Shown piece by piece: positions 1 to 10,274 of a stretch of DNA of 64,000 nucleotides. This DNA is from an uncultured Bacteroidales bacterium (GTDB lineage: Bacteria; Bacteroidota; Bacteroidia; Bacteroidales; Paludibacteraceae): assembly GCA_946186735.1 (NCBI GenBank), contig CAMHOK010000001.1:446-64445 (forward strand). Reading direction: 5' to 3'. The number at the start of each line of letters is the position of its first letter. Position 1 is the first letter of the stretch. Made by a program: the position numbers and the translations under genes. The notes beneath the pieces are model-generated. The model had not been told where the DNA came from. It saw only the letters and a list, made by a program, of their open reading frames with translations, and made no database searches.

Positions 1-1272
1 GTTAATGCTGTGGTGCACGTGAAGACCACTTATAAGTCGCAGCGTCAGCAGATCAGCGACCCGTGGTTGGAGTTCTTCTTCGGTCGTCCTGGTACCACCC
101 GCGAGATGCCGGCACAGACGGCAAGCGGCTCGGGCGTGATCATCTCGCAAGATGGTTATATAGTGACCAACAACCATGTCATTGACAAGGCTGACAAGAT
201 CGAGGTGGTGCTTAACGACAAGCGTGAGTTCACCGCCACCCTGGTGGGAACCGATCCGAACACCGACATAGCTCTGCTTAAGATTGACGCTTCAGACCTG
301 CCTATCATCGCTATCGGCAATAGCGACGATCTGAAGGTAGGCGAGTGGGTGCTGGCCGTAGGTAACCCGTTCAACCTCACCTCCACCGTGACGGCAGGCA
401 TAGTGTCCGCCAAGGCAAGGAACATCAATATCCTCTCTACGGAGATGAAGATTGAGTCGTTCATCCAGACCGATGCAGCCGTTAATCCCGGCAACTCCGG
501 CGGTGCGTTGGTTAATACTCATGGCGAGTTGGTGGGCATCAATACGGCTATCGCTTCTCAGACGGGCTCGTATAGCGGCTATTCGTTCGCAGTGCCTACC
601 AGCATCATGCAAAAAGTGGTGAGCGACATACGCCAATATGGTATTGTGCAGCGCGCTATCCTCGGTATCCAGATGCAGGAGATCACCGACCAGCTGCAGA
701 AAGAGAAGAACCTGCCGACGTTGCAGGGTGCTTATGTGGCTAATGTGATAGCCGATGGTGCAGCCGACAAGGCAGGAGTGAAAGAGGGTGATGTGATTAC
801 TCAGATCGACAATACTCCTATCAAGACCGGCACCGACCTGCAAGAGCAGATAGCACGCCATCGTCCGGGTGATACGGTTACGCTGACCGTTCTTCGTCAA
901 GGCAAGATGCTCACTCTCACGGCAGAGCTCACCAACCGCGCCGGTGGTACCTCGCTCGTAGAGAAAGGTGGCGATGCTCTCAAGAGCCTCGGTGCCGAAT
1001 TCAAAGAGGTGGACTCGGCAGTGGCCAACCGACTGGGTATCAACTATGGCCTTCAAGTGAAGAGTCTGAGCAACGGAAAGCTCAAGACCGCCGGCATACA
1101 GAAAGACTATATCATCCTCAAGGCCAACAACCGTGTTATCCGTTCGGAGGAAGACCTCAAAGAGGTGGTTGATAATGCTCAACAAGCCTCGCAACGCGAC
1201 CGCGTTCTGTTCCTCACTTGCTGTACCGCTAACGGAAAAGTGCACTATTTTGCAATAAATCTTGACGAATAA
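1..1272 (+). CDS. htrA: HtrA/DegP-family periplasmic serine endoprotease with PDZ domain (5' end outside window)
   Basis: Frame is open to the window edge. Trypsin-like catalytic motifs TNNHV, DIALLKI and GNSGGAL are followed by a PDZ-like C-terminal half. Confidence 0.9.
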   Translation, partial: VNAVVHVKTTYKSQRQQISDPWLEFFFGRPGTTREMPAQTASGSGVIISQDGYIVTNNHVIDKADKIEVVLNDKREFTATLVGTDPNTDIALLKIDASDLPIIAIGNSDDLKVGEWVLAVGNPFNLTSTVTAGIVSAKARNINILSTEMKIESFIQTDAAVNPGNSGGALVNTHGELVGINTAIASQTGSYSGYSFAVPTSIMQKVVSDIRQYGIVQRAILGIQMQEITDQLQKEKNLPTLQGAYVANVIADGAADKAGVKEGDVITQIDNTPIKTGTDLQEQIARHRPGDTVTLTVLRQGKMLTLTAELTNRAGGTSLVEKGGDALKSLGAEFKEVDSAVANRLGINYGLQVKSLSNGKLKTAGIQKDYIILKANNRVIRSEEDLKEVVDNAQQASQRDRVLFLTCCTANGKVHYFAINLDE

Positions 1273-1296
1273 TTTGGTCAATTAAAAAATATTTAC

Positions 1297-1304
1297 TACT
1301 TTTG
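1297..1304 (+). promoter_or_regulatory. Bacteroidota -7 promoter box TACTTTTG upstream of rpoD
   Basis: Matches the TAnnTTTG consensus, 74 nt upstream of the start codon. Confidence 0.5.
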
Positions 1305-1377
1305 CGCGCTAAATTCGGGTTGGAGGCTACTCTCGCCCGAGTTTGGTGTCCTAATAAATTCATAAAAAACTGATATT

Positions 1378-2241
1378 ATGAGACAATTGAAGATCACCAA
1401 GTCGATTACTAATCGAGAGAGTGCCTCTCTTGACAAGTATCTGCAGGAGATCGGTCGTGAAGACCTGATTACGGTAGAGGAAGAGGTAGAGCTCGCGCAG
1501 CGTATTCGCAATGGTGACCGCAAGGCTTTGGAAAAACTTACTCGCGCCAATCTTCGTTTTGTCGTATCTGTGGCTAAGCAGTATCAGAATCAGGGTCTGA
1601 GTCTTCCTGACTTGATCAACGAGGGCAATCTTGGTCTGATCAAAGCAGCAGAGAAGTTTGACGAGACGCGTGGTTTTAAGTTTATCTCGTATGCAGTTTG
1701 GTGGATTCGTCAGAGTATTCTTCAGGCTTTGGCCGAACAGGCTCGTATTGTTCGATTGCCTCTGAACCAGGTGGGTTCAATCAACAAGATTAACAAAGCA
1801 TTTTCGCGCTTCGAGCAAGAGAACGAGCGTAAGCCTTCTGCCGAAGAGTTGGCTGACGAGTTGGATATCCCCGTTGACAAGATTGCCGACACTTTGAAGA
1901 TGTCGGGTCGTCATGTCAGTGTTGACGCTCCTTTCGTGGAGGGTGAAGACAACAGCCTGATAGATGTCATGGTCAACGAAGATTCGCCTAATGCCGACCG
2001 TGGGCTTATCAACGAGAGTCTGGCTACCGAGATTGATCGGGCGCTTGAGACCCTCACCCCCAGAGAGGCAGACATCATCCGTAAGTTCTTTGGCATCAAA
2101 GTGCCGGAGATGACCTTGGAGGAGATAGGCGACGAACTCAACCTCACGCGTGAGCGTGTCCGCCAGATTAAAGAGAAAGCTATACGACGGCTCAAACAAA
2201 ACCCGAGAGTAAATAGTTTGCTCAAGCCTTATCTGAGTTAG
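1378..2241 (+). CDS. rpoD: Primary RNA polymerase sigma-70 factor (Bacteroidota SigA/RpoD, 287 aa)
   Basis: Sigma regions 2-4 are recognisable ([46 protein letters not shown]). Confidence 0.95.
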   Translation: MRQLKITKSITNRESASLDKYLQEIGREDLITVEEEVELAQRIRNGDRKALEKLTRANLRFVVSVAKQYQNQGLSLPDLINEGNLGLIKAAEKFDETRGFKFISYAVWWIRQSILQALAEQARIVRLPLNQVGSINKINKAFSRFEQENERKPSAEELADELDIPVDKIADTLKMSGRHVSVDAPFVEGEDNSLIDVMVNEDSPNADRGLINESLATEIDRALETLTPREADIIRKFFGIKVPEMTLEEIGDELNLTRERVRQIKEKAIRRLKQNPRVNSLLKPYLS

Positions 2242-2281
2242 AAAAATCTGCCGGACCAATCGGTACGATTTTGGTGTGTTA

Positions 2282-2315
2282 GAGGCTCCTTTTAGCGAAG
2301 GGGCTTCTTTTTTTT
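2282..2315 (+). terminator. Rho-independent terminator after rpoD
   Basis: 10-bp stem GAGGCTCCTT/AAGGGGCTTC (two G:U pairs) followed by T8. Confidence 0.7.
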
Positions 2316-2357
2316 ATGAAAAAAGACTTGAAATTTGCACACTACGAAAAAAAAATG

Positions 2358-2365
2358 TAACTTTG
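2358..2365 (+). promoter_or_regulatory. -7 box TAACTTTG
   Basis: TAnnTTTG match 28 nt upstream of the 2393 start, preceded by an A-run. Confidence 0.5.
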
Positions 2366-2392
2366 CCGCGCTTAATAAAATAGTGTTTTCAA

Positions 2393-3247
2393 ATGAGAAC
2401 AAAACAGACAATTAGTTTATTGATTTTGCTCCTTGCTTTTGCGGCTAATGTGGGAGCTGAAACTTACAGAAGCGGAGGCTTAACTTGGTCATCTACTATC
2501 AATGGTAGAGGTCTTTACGGCCGTATGAATAAGCTCTCGAGACACACCATAGCTCTGCGTATCTCCCCTAACTTTTATTCAGGTGATGTTGAGTTGCCCG
2601 GCAATATCTTCACCGGTCATAATGATCCTAACATGGACTATGTGCCTGTCGGCGACAACTCTTTCCTCAGCCAGGTAGGCTTTGGCGTGGCTTTGCAATA
2701 TACCTATCGTCAGAACACTTTTTTGGCTTATCGTGTCCAAGTGATAGGCGGTACGATGCGCGGTAAGTCGCAGTTTACTCGTCATCGCATCAACTCTGCA
2801 GGTCAGGAGTCCGACCCGCTGTTCGACCGTCAGTTCTCATCGATGTTTACAGAGTATAGTGTCGGTATAGAGTTCTATCCTATACCTTCTGCCGGTTTCT
2901 TCCTGTATGTGGGAGCAGGCGGAACGACCAGCTTCATCACGCGTAATTTCAATAAGTATATTGAGAACGATTGGGGCTTGAAAGATGATAAGGTTGTTTG
3001 TACTGTGCCCACTATTCCCGTGGGTCTGGGCTATAAGATAGATATGGGCAGCTTCCAGCTTGGCTTTGAGGTTATGTGGCATCCGGCTGTAGTTGATGTG
3101 AAGAACATGAACCTTGACGGCTGGGAGTCGGGCTATAGGTCGAGCGATGGCATCATCCGTTATCCGACTCTTTCTTCAACCAACCGTTTTACCGATAGTT
3201 TTGCTGAGATAGGCATAAGCTTCGGCTATCGTTTGCCGATTCTATAA
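2393..3247 (+). CDS. Putative outer-membrane beta-barrel protein with signal peptide
   Basis: N-terminal signal peptide (LLILLLAFAANVGAE), alternating hydrophobic strands and an aromatic-rich C-terminus (ISFGYRLPIL). No specific family recognised. Confidence 0.55.
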   Translation: MRTKQTISLLILLLAFAANVGAETYRSGGLTWSSTINGRGLYGRMNKLSRHTIALRISPNFYSGDVELPGNIFTGHNDPNMDYVPVGDNSFLSQVGFGVALQYTYRQNTFLAYRVQVIGGTMRGKSQFTRHRINSAGQESDPLFDRQFSSMFTEYSVGIEFYPIPSAGFFLYVGAGGTTSFITRNFNKYIENDWGLKDDKVVCTVPTIPVGLGYKIDMGSFQLGFEVMWHPAVVDVKNMNLDGWESGYRSSDGIIRYPTLSSTNRFTDSFAEIGISFGYRLPIL

Positions 3248-3255
3248 TCTTAGGT

Positions 3256-4482
3256 GTGGCGAACAAACGGAAAATAATCAACGATCCTGTTTTTGGGTTT
3301 ATCACAGTCCCGGGCGACTTGGTGTTCGATGTGTTGCAGCATCCGTATCTGCAACGATTGAACCGTATCCGTCAGCTGGGTCTGTCTTTCTTCGTGTACC
3401 CCGGAGCTCAGCATAGTCGTTTTCTTCATTCTTTGGGTGCCATGCACCTTATGCAGGAGGCTATAGCTGTCCTCCGTCAGAAAGGGATAGACATCTCTCA
3501 TCAAGAGGGTGTGGCAGCAGCAGCTGCTATCCTTATGCACGACATAGGGCATGGTCCTTTCTCGCATGTGCTTGAGCATACGCTGGTGGAGGGACTCTCA
3601 CACGAAGACTTGTCGCTGCTGCTCATGAAGAAGATCAACGAGCAGATGGGCGACAGACTGGACATGGCAATAAGTATCTTCAAGGATGATTATCCTCGCC
3701 ATTTCCTTCACCAACTCATCTCCTCGCAGCTCGACATGGACCGCATGGACTATCTCTGTCGCGACTCTTTCTTCACAGGTGTAACCGAAGGGTCGGTGGC
3801 ATCGGCAAGAATACTAAAGATGCTCAACGTGGTGGACGATAGGCTGGTGGTGGAGCAGAAAGGGATATACTCTATCGAGAAGTTCTTAGTGGCTCGCCGA
3901 CTGATGTATTGGCAGGTCTATCTGCATAAGACATCGGTAGGAGCCGAGCAGCTCTTGATAAAGATACTCAAGCGTGCTCGCGAGTTGGCACATAGGGGAG
4001 TGGAGCTTTGGTGCTCACCGGCACTACATTTCTTTCTCTATCACGACGTTTCGGCACAAGATTTGTTCTCAGATGAGAGAGTGTTAGAACGTTATGTGTT
4101 GCTTGACGACTCAGATATCTTGTCGGCAGTGAAGTCGTGGATGTCGGCGCCGGATGTGGTGCTCGCAACGCTAAGCTCGCTCTTCACCAATCGCCAACTC
4201 TTTAAGGTGCGTATGCTCGAGGAACCGATAAGAGAGGCAGAGAGGGAAGAGATGCGTAGCACTTATCAGCAACGACTCAAGGTGGATAAACAAGATGCAG
4301 ACTATTTCTTCGACGAATATTCGGTATCAAAAGATACCTACTCAGTCCAAGACGATTCGATAGCCATCATGTTCTCTAACGGAGAGATAAAAGATATATC
4401 AGAGGCTTCCGACATGCTCAACATGCAGGTGTTGACCAAGCGTGTCATTAAGCATTACCTTTTTTATTACAGACTTCAGTAA
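3256..4482 (+). CDS. HD-domain phosphohydrolase (dNTP triphosphohydrolase-like)
   Basis: HSLGAMH...[12 protein letters not shown]...[11 protein letters not shown] motifs are typical of the HD superfamily. GTG start. Confidence 0.8.
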   Translation: MANKRKIINDPVFGFITVPGDLVFDVLQHPYLQRLNRIRQLGLSFFVYPGAQHSRFLHSLGAMHLMQEAIAVLRQKGIDISHQEGVAAAAAILMHDIGHGPFSHVLEHTLVEGLSHEDLSLLLMKKINEQMGDRLDMAISIFKDDYPRHFLHQLISSQLDMDRMDYLCRDSFFTGVTEGSVASARILKMLNVVDDRLVVEQKGIYSIEKFLVARRLMYWQVYLHKTSVGAEQLLIKILKRARELAHRGVELWCSPALHFFLYHDVSAQDLFSDERVLERYVLLDDSDILSAVKSWMSAPDVVLATLSSLFTNRQLFKVRMLEEPIREAEREEMRSTYQQRLKVDKQDADYFFDEYSVSKDTYSVQDDSIAIMFSNGEIKDISEASDMLNMQVLTKRVIKHYLFYYRLQ

Positions 4483-4493
4483 ATATTAGTATT

Positions 4494-5504
4494 ATGACTT
4501 TTACAGCACAACAGATAGCAGCTTTTCTCAATGGTGAGATAAGAGGAGACGAGTCGGCTCAAGTGAGCGATGTCAGTTCTATTGAGCACTCTGAACCATC
4601 AACTCTGTGTTTCATCGGAGAAGACAAGTATTTACCTTTGCTTGCTCAGACCAAGGCGAGTGTGGTGCTCGTCTCGCGTCACTTACATTATGAGGGTCAG
4701 ACTCCTGCCACTCTTATCTTCGTTGATAATGCTCGTGGTGCGATGGCTCAACTCTTGGAGTTGGTAGCTCAGACCATCAACCCTCGCCGCCGTGGCGTGG
4801 AGCAGCCTTGCTTCATCGCTGAGGGGGTAGAGATACCGGAGGATGCATACATAGGTGCTTTTGCCTATATAGGTAAGGGCGCGAAGATAGGTGCGGGAGC
4901 GCAGATCTATCCGCAGTGTTATGTGGGTGAGAACGTGAAGATAGGCGACAACACCATACTCTATGCAGGCGTGAAAGTGTATTACAATTGTGTTGTTGGT
5001 AACGACTGTATCCTTCATTCAGGAGCTGTGGTGGGAGCTGATGGCTTCGGTTTTGAGCCGGACGCACAAGGTGTTAACAAGAAGATACCTCAGATAGGCA
5101 ATGTCATCATCGAGGACGATGTGGAACTCGGTGCCAACACCTGTGTTGACCGTGCTATGATGGGCTCAACTGTCGTTCATCGTAATGTCAAGGTTGACAA
5201 CCTGGTTCAGATAGCGCACAATGTGAGCGTCGGGGACAGCACTTTCCTATGTTCGCAAGTGGGTATAGCCGGTTCTACCTCTATCGGTTCGCATTGTATT
5301 CTCACAGGGCAGGTAGGTGTTGCCGGACATATACATGTCACCGACAACTGCATCTTCGGAGCACAGACGGGCGTGGCAGGCTCGATTGACAAACCCGGCA
5401 TGTATCAGGGCTCGCCTGCTATCGACGCTAAACTATGGAGAAGAGCTATCATAGGCTTTAAGAACCTGCCGGAGATGATGAAGATAGTGTATAAGAAGAA
5501 CTAA
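4494..5504 (+). CDS. lpxD: UDP-3-O-acylglucosamine N-acyltransferase
   Basis: Left-handed beta-helix hexapeptide repeats with an LpxD-type N-terminal domain. Sits in lpxD-lpxC-lpxA synteny. Confidence 0.9.
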   Translation: MTFTAQQIAAFLNGEIRGDESAQVSDVSSIEHSEPSTLCFIGEDKYLPLLAQTKASVVLVSRHLHYEGQTPATLIFVDNARGAMAQLLELVAQTINPRRRGVEQPCFIAEGVEIPEDAYIGAFAYIGKGAKIGAGAQIYPQCYVGENVKIGDNTILYAGVKVYYNCVVGNDCILHSGAVVGADGFGFEPDAQGVNKKIPQIGNVIIEDDVELGANTCVDRAMMGSTVVHRNVKVDNLVQIAHNVSVGDSTFLCSQVGIAGSTSIGSHCILTGQVGVAGHIHVTDNCIFGAQTGVAGSIDKPGMYQGSPAIDAKLWRRAIIGFKNLPEMMKIVYKKN

Positions 5505-5521
5505 ATGAAAACAACAGATAT

Positions 5522-6421
5522 ATGATGAAACAAAACACAATACAAAACGAGTTCTCTTTCTCGGGTAAAGGGTTGCATACGGGGTTGATGATCAACGCTC
5601 GTTTTCTGCCTGCCGAGGAAAATTTCGGCATACAGATATGTCGTGTTGACCTGCCTTCGAGACCTACTCACCGTGCTCTTGCCGAGTATGTGACAGAGAC
5701 CTCTCGTGGTACGGTGCTTACCTATGACGAGTGGCGTGTGTCAACCGTAGAGCATGCCTTGTCGGCCCTTTATGCTATGGGAATAGATAACTGTCTTATC
5801 GAGGTAGATGCTCCTGAGATGCCTATACTTGACGGTTCGGCCAAGTACTATGTAGAAGCTATTGAGCGTGTGGGTATCAAGCACCAGGACGCACCTTGCG
5901 AAGAGCTTGAGATTGTTCAGACGATAGAGTATGAGAATGAGAGTACCGGCACTAAGATTGTTGTGGAGCCGGCTGAGCGTTTATCGTTGGAGGTAACTAT
6001 TGATTTTCAGTCGGAGGTGCTGTCGTCGAGTACCGCTGTTCTGTCTTCTCTTGACGATTATGCACTTGAGATAGCGCCTGCTCGCACTTTCTGTTTTGTC
6101 AGAGAGGTAGAGCCACTGCTTAAGTTAGGCTATATCAAGGGCGGCGATCTGAAGAACGCTATTGTCATCTACGATGAACAGATGAGTCAGGACGCTTTCG
6201 ACGGCATGGTCAAAGCGCTCGGACAAGACCTGCAGCGCGATGCTTCGGAGTTAGGTTACCTCACACCCCTGCAACTGCCTAACGAACCCGCACGCCATAA
6301 ACTGCTCGACCTCATAGGCGACCTCTCTTTGGTGGGCAAACGCATCAAAGGGCACGTGAAAGCTTATCGCCCGGGACATACATCAAACACTAATTTTGCC
6401 AAACAACTAAGAACATTATAA
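5522..6421 (+). CDS. lpxC: UDP-3-O-acyl-N-acetylglucosamine deacetylase, stand-alone (no FabZ fusion)
   Basis: LpxC motifs are present (GKGLHTG, TVEHALSAL, HKLLDLIGDL, RPGH). The ORF stops after about 299 aa, 9 nt before lpxA. Confidence 0.9.
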   Translation: MMKQNTIQNEFSFSGKGLHTGLMINARFLPAEENFGIQICRVDLPSRPTHRALAEYVTETSRGTVLTYDEWRVSTVEHALSALYAMGIDNCLIEVDAPEMPILDGSAKYYVEAIERVGIKHQDAPCEELEIVQTIEYENESTGTKIVVEPAERLSLEVTIDFQSEVLSSSTAVLSSLDDYALEIAPARTFCFVREVEPLLKLGYIKGGDLKNAIVIYDEQMSQDAFDGMVKALGQDLQRDASELGYLTPLQLPNEPARHKLLDLIGDLSLVGKRIKGHVKAYRPGHTSNTNFAKQLRTL

Positions 6422-6430
6422 ACATACACA

Positions 6431-7210
6431 ATGAAACAACCGTTAGCATATATCCATCCTGAAGCAAAGATACATCCTTCAGTTATTATTGACCCTTTCG
6501 TATGTATTGAAAGGAATGTAGAGATAGGTGAGGGTACTCGCATTGGTTCTAATGTGACCATCTGTGAGGGTACTCGCATAGGTAAGAACTGCAATATCTT
6601 CCCCGGTGCTGTTGTGGGCGCTATCCCCCAAGACCTTAAGTTCAATGGTGAGGAGACGCTTGCCATCATTGGTGACAACACTACGCTTCGCGAGTTCGTT
6701 ACCGTTCATCGCGGCACCGCATCAAAAGGTAAGACGGTGATAGGCAACAACTGCCTGATCATGGCTTATTGTCATGTGGCACACGATTGTCGTTTAGGCA
6801 ACAACATCATCATGTCCAACTCCACTCAGTTGGCAGGAGAGGTGGTGGTTAACGACTATGCCGTTATCGGAGGCGGTACTCTGGTGCATCAGTTCACTCA
6901 CATAGGTGCTCATGTGATGATACAAGGCGGGTCTAAGATCAACAAAGATGTGCCTCCTTATATCACGGCAGCTCGCGATCCTATCCAGTACTGTGGTGTC
7001 AACTCTATAGGTCTGCGCCGTCGCGGCTTCAGCAACGACCAGATAAGAGCCATACAAGATGCTTATCGCGTCATCTTCCAGTCGGGCTTGAATGTGAGTC
7101 AGGCTATGGAACGCATAGAGGCAGAGCTGCCCAGTTCAATTGAGCGCGACGAGATCATCCTCTTCGTGCGCAACTCGCCGAGAGGTATCCTTAAAGGTTA
7201 CTTAGACTGA
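6431..7210 (+). CDS. lpxA: Acyl-ACP--UDP-N-acetylglucosamine O-acyltransferase
   Basis: Hexapeptide-repeat N-terminal part plus the LpxA helical C-terminal domain (NSIGLRRRGFS). Confidence 0.9.
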   Translation: MKQPLAYIHPEAKIHPSVIIDPFVCIERNVEIGEGTRIGSNVTICEGTRIGKNCNIFPGAVVGAIPQDLKFNGEETLAIIGDNTTLREFVTVHRGTASKGKTVIGNNCLIMAYCHVAHDCRLGNNIIMSNSTQLAGEVVVNDYAVIGGGTLVHQFTHIGAHVMIQGGSKINKDVPPYITAARDPIQYCGVNSIGLRRRGFSNDQIRAIQDAYRVIFQSGLNVSQAMERIEAELPSSIERDEIILFVRNSPRGILKGYLD

Positions 7211-7241
7211 GAAAGATATTTCTTAGATTAAGCAAAGGTTT

Positions 7242-9266
7242 TTATACAATCTGCAGATCGACCTGCTTGCGATCGAGATTGACATCTACTATACGCACTA
7301 CAACGGAATCACCTAAGGTGTATTTAGTTGTGGTGCGTTCGCCGTATATACAGTAGTTGTCTTCGTCATAGACGGCATAGTCGTTGCTGAAGATGAAACG
7401 CAGCGGAACGAACCCCTCACAGAAGTTGTCATCGAGCTGGACATATAGTCCGTGCTCGGTAACGCCGGATATATGTCCGTCGAAGACAAGTCCGATCTTG
7501 TCTTGCAGGAACTCGGCTTGCTTATATTTGACCGAAGCTCTCTCTGCCTGTTGTGCAGTCTGTTCGGTCTTAGAGCAATGGTCGCAAGCTTCTTCTAAGT
7601 CTTTGGCAAAGACGGCTACTGTGTTCTTCTTCTCCTCGAAGAGTGCTTGTCGGAGCAGTCGGTGCACCATCATATCGGGGTAGCGCCGTATGGGTGAGGT
7701 GAAGTGTGTGTAGTAGCGGAAGGCGAGTCCGTAGTGTCCGATGTTCTCGGTGGAGTAACAAGCCTTAGCCAAAGAGCGTATGGTGAGCGTCTCTATGAGG
7801 TTCTGCTCGGCTTTGCCTTGAGCCTGCGAGAGCAGAAGGTTGATGTTCTTGGTGATAGTCTCTTTGCGGGTCGATTGTGCCTTGAACCTGTAGCCGAAGC
7901 GTTGTATGAAGCGGCCGAGCGACTCTAACTTGTCGGGGTCGGGCACATCATGAATACGATAGACGAACTCTTTCTGTTTCATTGTCTCTGCCACGGTCTT
8001 GTTAGCAAGAAGCATGAACTCCTCGATGAGGTTGTTGGCGTCGGTCTGCTCGCGTAGGAAGACAGAGACAGGTTTACCTTGTTCGTCGATCTGGAAGCGC
8101 ATCTCTTCTCTCTCGAAGCGTATAGCCCCTTTGTCGAAGCGTTGTCGGCGCAGTGTCTGAGCCAGGCGGTTGAGCGTGGTGAGAGCTGTGCGGAGTTGTT
8201 CGTTGGTCTCTTCTTCGGGGTGAGTGAGTCGCTCCTGAACCTCGTCGTAGTTGAAGCGTCGAGAGGAGCGTATGACGGTCTGTCGGATGCGCTGCTGTAA
8301 GACATGTGCTTGGTCATCGAGCAGGAAGATGACCGACAGACACAGCTTGTCCTCGTCGGCTCTGAGAGAGCATAGCTCATTGCTCAGATGCTCGGGGAGC
8401 ATAGGTATGGTGCGGTCCACTAAATAGATAGAGGTGCCGCGGTGATATGCTTCTTTATCGATATCGGAGCCGGCAGCAACATAATGTGTTACATCGGCAA
8501 TATGTACTCCCACCTCGTATATCTGTTTCTGTGTCTCTTGCTTCGTAAGCTCGGTGTCGTGAGTCGGCTCTGAGGGCTCAGTGAGAAGTCGGAAAGAGAT
8601 GGCGTCGTCGAAATCTTTGGCGTCCTTAGGGTCGATAGTGAAGGTGAGTCGGTCGCGGAAATCTTCGCGTCGGCTCAGCTCTTTGGCATTGATGTCGTCG
8701 TCGATGAGGTTGGCTTGTTGTTCCAGCTCTTCGGGATAGGAGTAGGGCAGACCATACTCGGTAAGGATAGCATGCATCTCGGTATCGTTATCACCGGCTT
8801 GTCCGAGTCGTTCAACGACCTCTCCTTCAGGTAGTCGTCGTCCGGTGCCTGCACGAAGGAGTCGGACCACCACTTTCTCTCCATCGCGTGCACCATGGAG
8901 GTGAGTTGCGCGGACAAGCACATTGTCTCTCATGCTCTTGTCGCTGATACCGCATACTATACCACCGGTGTTGGTGAGGATGATAGTGCCGATGATAGGT
9001 TGTTGTTCTTGGTCTGTAAGCCTATCGTCGTGCCTGTCTTGCTGAGTCTCGGCATGGTCGGGGTCGAGCCGATACTTGCCTTCTTTGATCTCGCGGAGCA
9101 CTCCTTGTGCAGCCATCTCCTGCATGATCTTACGCACCATTTGCTTGCCTTGATCGTCTTTGATACCAAGGTGCTTGTACATCTGGCGACAAGTGAAACT
9201 GCGGTCGGTGTTCTCGCGGAAAGCGTGCTGAATGCGTCTGACTGTTTGTTCGAAAGGAGTGTTCAT
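7242..9266 (-). CDS. rnr: Ribonuclease R
   Basis: RNB catalytic domain (DPKDAKDFDDAIS, HYGLAFRYYTHFTSPIRRYPD) with a C-terminal S1 domain. Confidence 0.92.
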   Translation of the reverse strand: MNTPFEQTVRRIQHAFRENTDRSFTCRQMYKHLGIKDDQGKQMVRKIMQEMAAQGVLREIKEGKYRLDPDHAETQQDRHDDRLTDQEQQPIIGTIILTNTGGIVCGISDKSMRDNVLVRATHLHGARDGEKVVVRLLRAGTGRRLPEGEVVERLGQAGDNDTEMHAILTEYGLPYSYPEELEQQANLIDDDINAKELSRREDFRDRLTFTIDPKDAKDFDDAISFRLLTEPSEPTHDTELTKQETQKQIYEVGVHIADVTHYVAAGSDIDKEAYHRGTSIYLVDRTIPMLPEHLSNELCSLRADEDKLCLSVIFLLDDQAHVLQQRIRQTVIRSSRRFNYDEVQERLTHPEEETNEQLRTALTTLNRLAQTLRRQRFDKGAIRFEREEMRFQIDEQGKPVSVFLREQTDANNLIEEFMLLANKTVAETMKQKEFVYRIHDVPDPDKLESLGRFIQRFGYRFKAQSTRKETITKNINLLLSQAQGKAEQNLIETLTIRSLAKACYSTENIGHYGLAFRYYTHFTSPIRRYPDMMVHRLLRQALFEEKKNTVAVFAKDLEEACDHCSKTEQTAQQAERASVKYKQAEFLQDKIGLVFDGHISGVTEHGLYVQLDDNFCEGFVPLRFIFSNDYAVYDEDNYCIYGERTTTKYTLGDSVVVRIVDVNLDRKQVDLQIV

Positions 9267-9302
9267 GATGATGAAGTGAGTTTAGAGTATTCTTTGTCTT
9301 TG

Positions 9303-9310
9303 CAAAGATA
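9303..9310 (-). promoter_or_regulatory. -7 box TATCTTTG for rnr
   Basis: Minus-strand TAnnTTTG match 37 nt upstream of the rnr start. Confidence 0.5.
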
Positions 9311-9329
9311 CGAGAATTCTTCTGAATGT

Positions 9330-9393
9330 GCAAACAAAAAAGTGAAACAGAAGCGCTGCACTGTCAGACTAAAGTGTCTGATGGTGCAGCGCT
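9330..9393 (-). terminator. Rho-independent terminator of the riboswitch-controlled lipoprotein operon
   Basis: Outer 10-bp arms AGCGCTGCAC/GTGCAGCGCT flank an inner stem. On the minus strand this is followed by a T-rich tract (CACTTTTTTGTTTG). Confidence 0.7.
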
Positions 9394-9443
9394 TTGTTGG
9401 TTAAGTGTTCTACTATCCGTTGATAGACGGAAGGGCTACTCTT

Positions 9444-10235
9444 TTATTTGGCAACGTTCTTGGTAACGGTCAGACCGTCGAGAGCGAAGTAGGTAGGAGT
9501 GTTGAAGTAGGTCTCGGTGCCGTAGGTTACTACATCGGTAGTCTCCATGTCGAAGGTGATACCGTAGCACTCTCCCAGAGCCGACAGGTCAACTTTCTCC
9601 CATGCTTCGTTGATGAACGACTTGCCATCGCGGAAGTCAGCGAGGTAGTACTTAACCTCTTGACCTGCTATCACTTCGTACTTCTCGTTAAGAGCTTGGA
9701 AGGTGAGGGTGAAGTAGTCGCCGGCAGCAAAAGCACGGGCATAGTCATCGCCTTCTTTGATAGCGGCAACAGCCGATGCTACATTGTTTACATACACTTG
9801 TTTGGGAGTGTATGCGCCGTCGAAGCGGATGTCAGCGGTGCGATAGCGAACGCCGTTATAGTAGTAGTCGCCCCAGTAGCAAACCATGTAAGGCTTGCCT
9901 GCACCTGCTACAGCACCCTTGGCAGCAGCCGACTCAGCAGGATAAGTAGTAGCTTGGTCGTTCTTGCTGATGGTGAAGCCCATGTAGTAAGGATACATAT
10001 TACCTGCATACTCGCTCTCGTCAGCGAAGTGCTGGAAAGAATAGACTTGCGATACGATGTAAGGCACGGTCTTGTCGTAAGTGCCGTTCCAGATACCGTC
10101 TGCATCATATTCAACGGTTGCAGGAGTGGTTGATTGACTAAGGTCAAGAGTGATGGTTTGTTTCTTTTCTTGACCGCAACTTGCGAATAGAAGCGCAACG
10201 GCTACTATTGCAACAGAAAAAAGACTTTTTTTCAT
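9444..10235 (-). CDS. Lipoprotein resembling the DUF4465 family
   Basis: Lipoprotein signal MKKSLFSVAIVAVALLFASCG. The central YMGFTISKNDQ...AKGAVAGAGKPYMVCYW pattern recalls DUF4465. It is the second gene downstream of a cobalamin riboswitch. Confidence 0.6.
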   Translation of the reverse strand: MKKSLFSVAIVAVALLFASCGQEKKQTITLDLSQSTTPATVEYDADGIWNGTYDKTVPYIVSQVYSFQHFADESEYAGNMYPYYMGFTISKNDQATTYPAESAAAKGAVAGAGKPYMVCYWGDYYYNGVRYRTADIRFDGAYTPKQVYVNNVASAVAAIKEGDDYARAFAAGDYFTLTFQALNEKYEVIAGQEVKYYLADFRDGKSFINEAWEKVDLSALGECYGITFDMETTDVVTYGTETYFNTPTYFALDGLTVTKNVAK

Positions 10236-10274
10236 GATTGTTGTTAGTTGTTTTGATTATTGGTTATATGTAAG

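Noticed and set aside
292-1281. Long antisense ORFs: 292..1281 (-), 9405..10133 (+), 14901..15623 (+), 31929..32507 (-), 36390..37049 (+) and 40388..40954 (-).
   Set aside because: Each lies opposite an ORF with clear family motifs or a signal peptide (htrA, the lipoprotein, holB/folE, the DUF5686-type gene, glmM, the lipoprotein). They have odd composition and no recognisable motifs. Such ORFs are typical shadow ORFs of GC3-biased genes.
6422-6430. Looked for a decayed FabZ remnant after lpxC.
   Set aside because: Only 9 nt separate lpxC from lpxA, and no FabZ-like translation exists in any frame nearby. The absence is therefore clean rather than a pseudogene.
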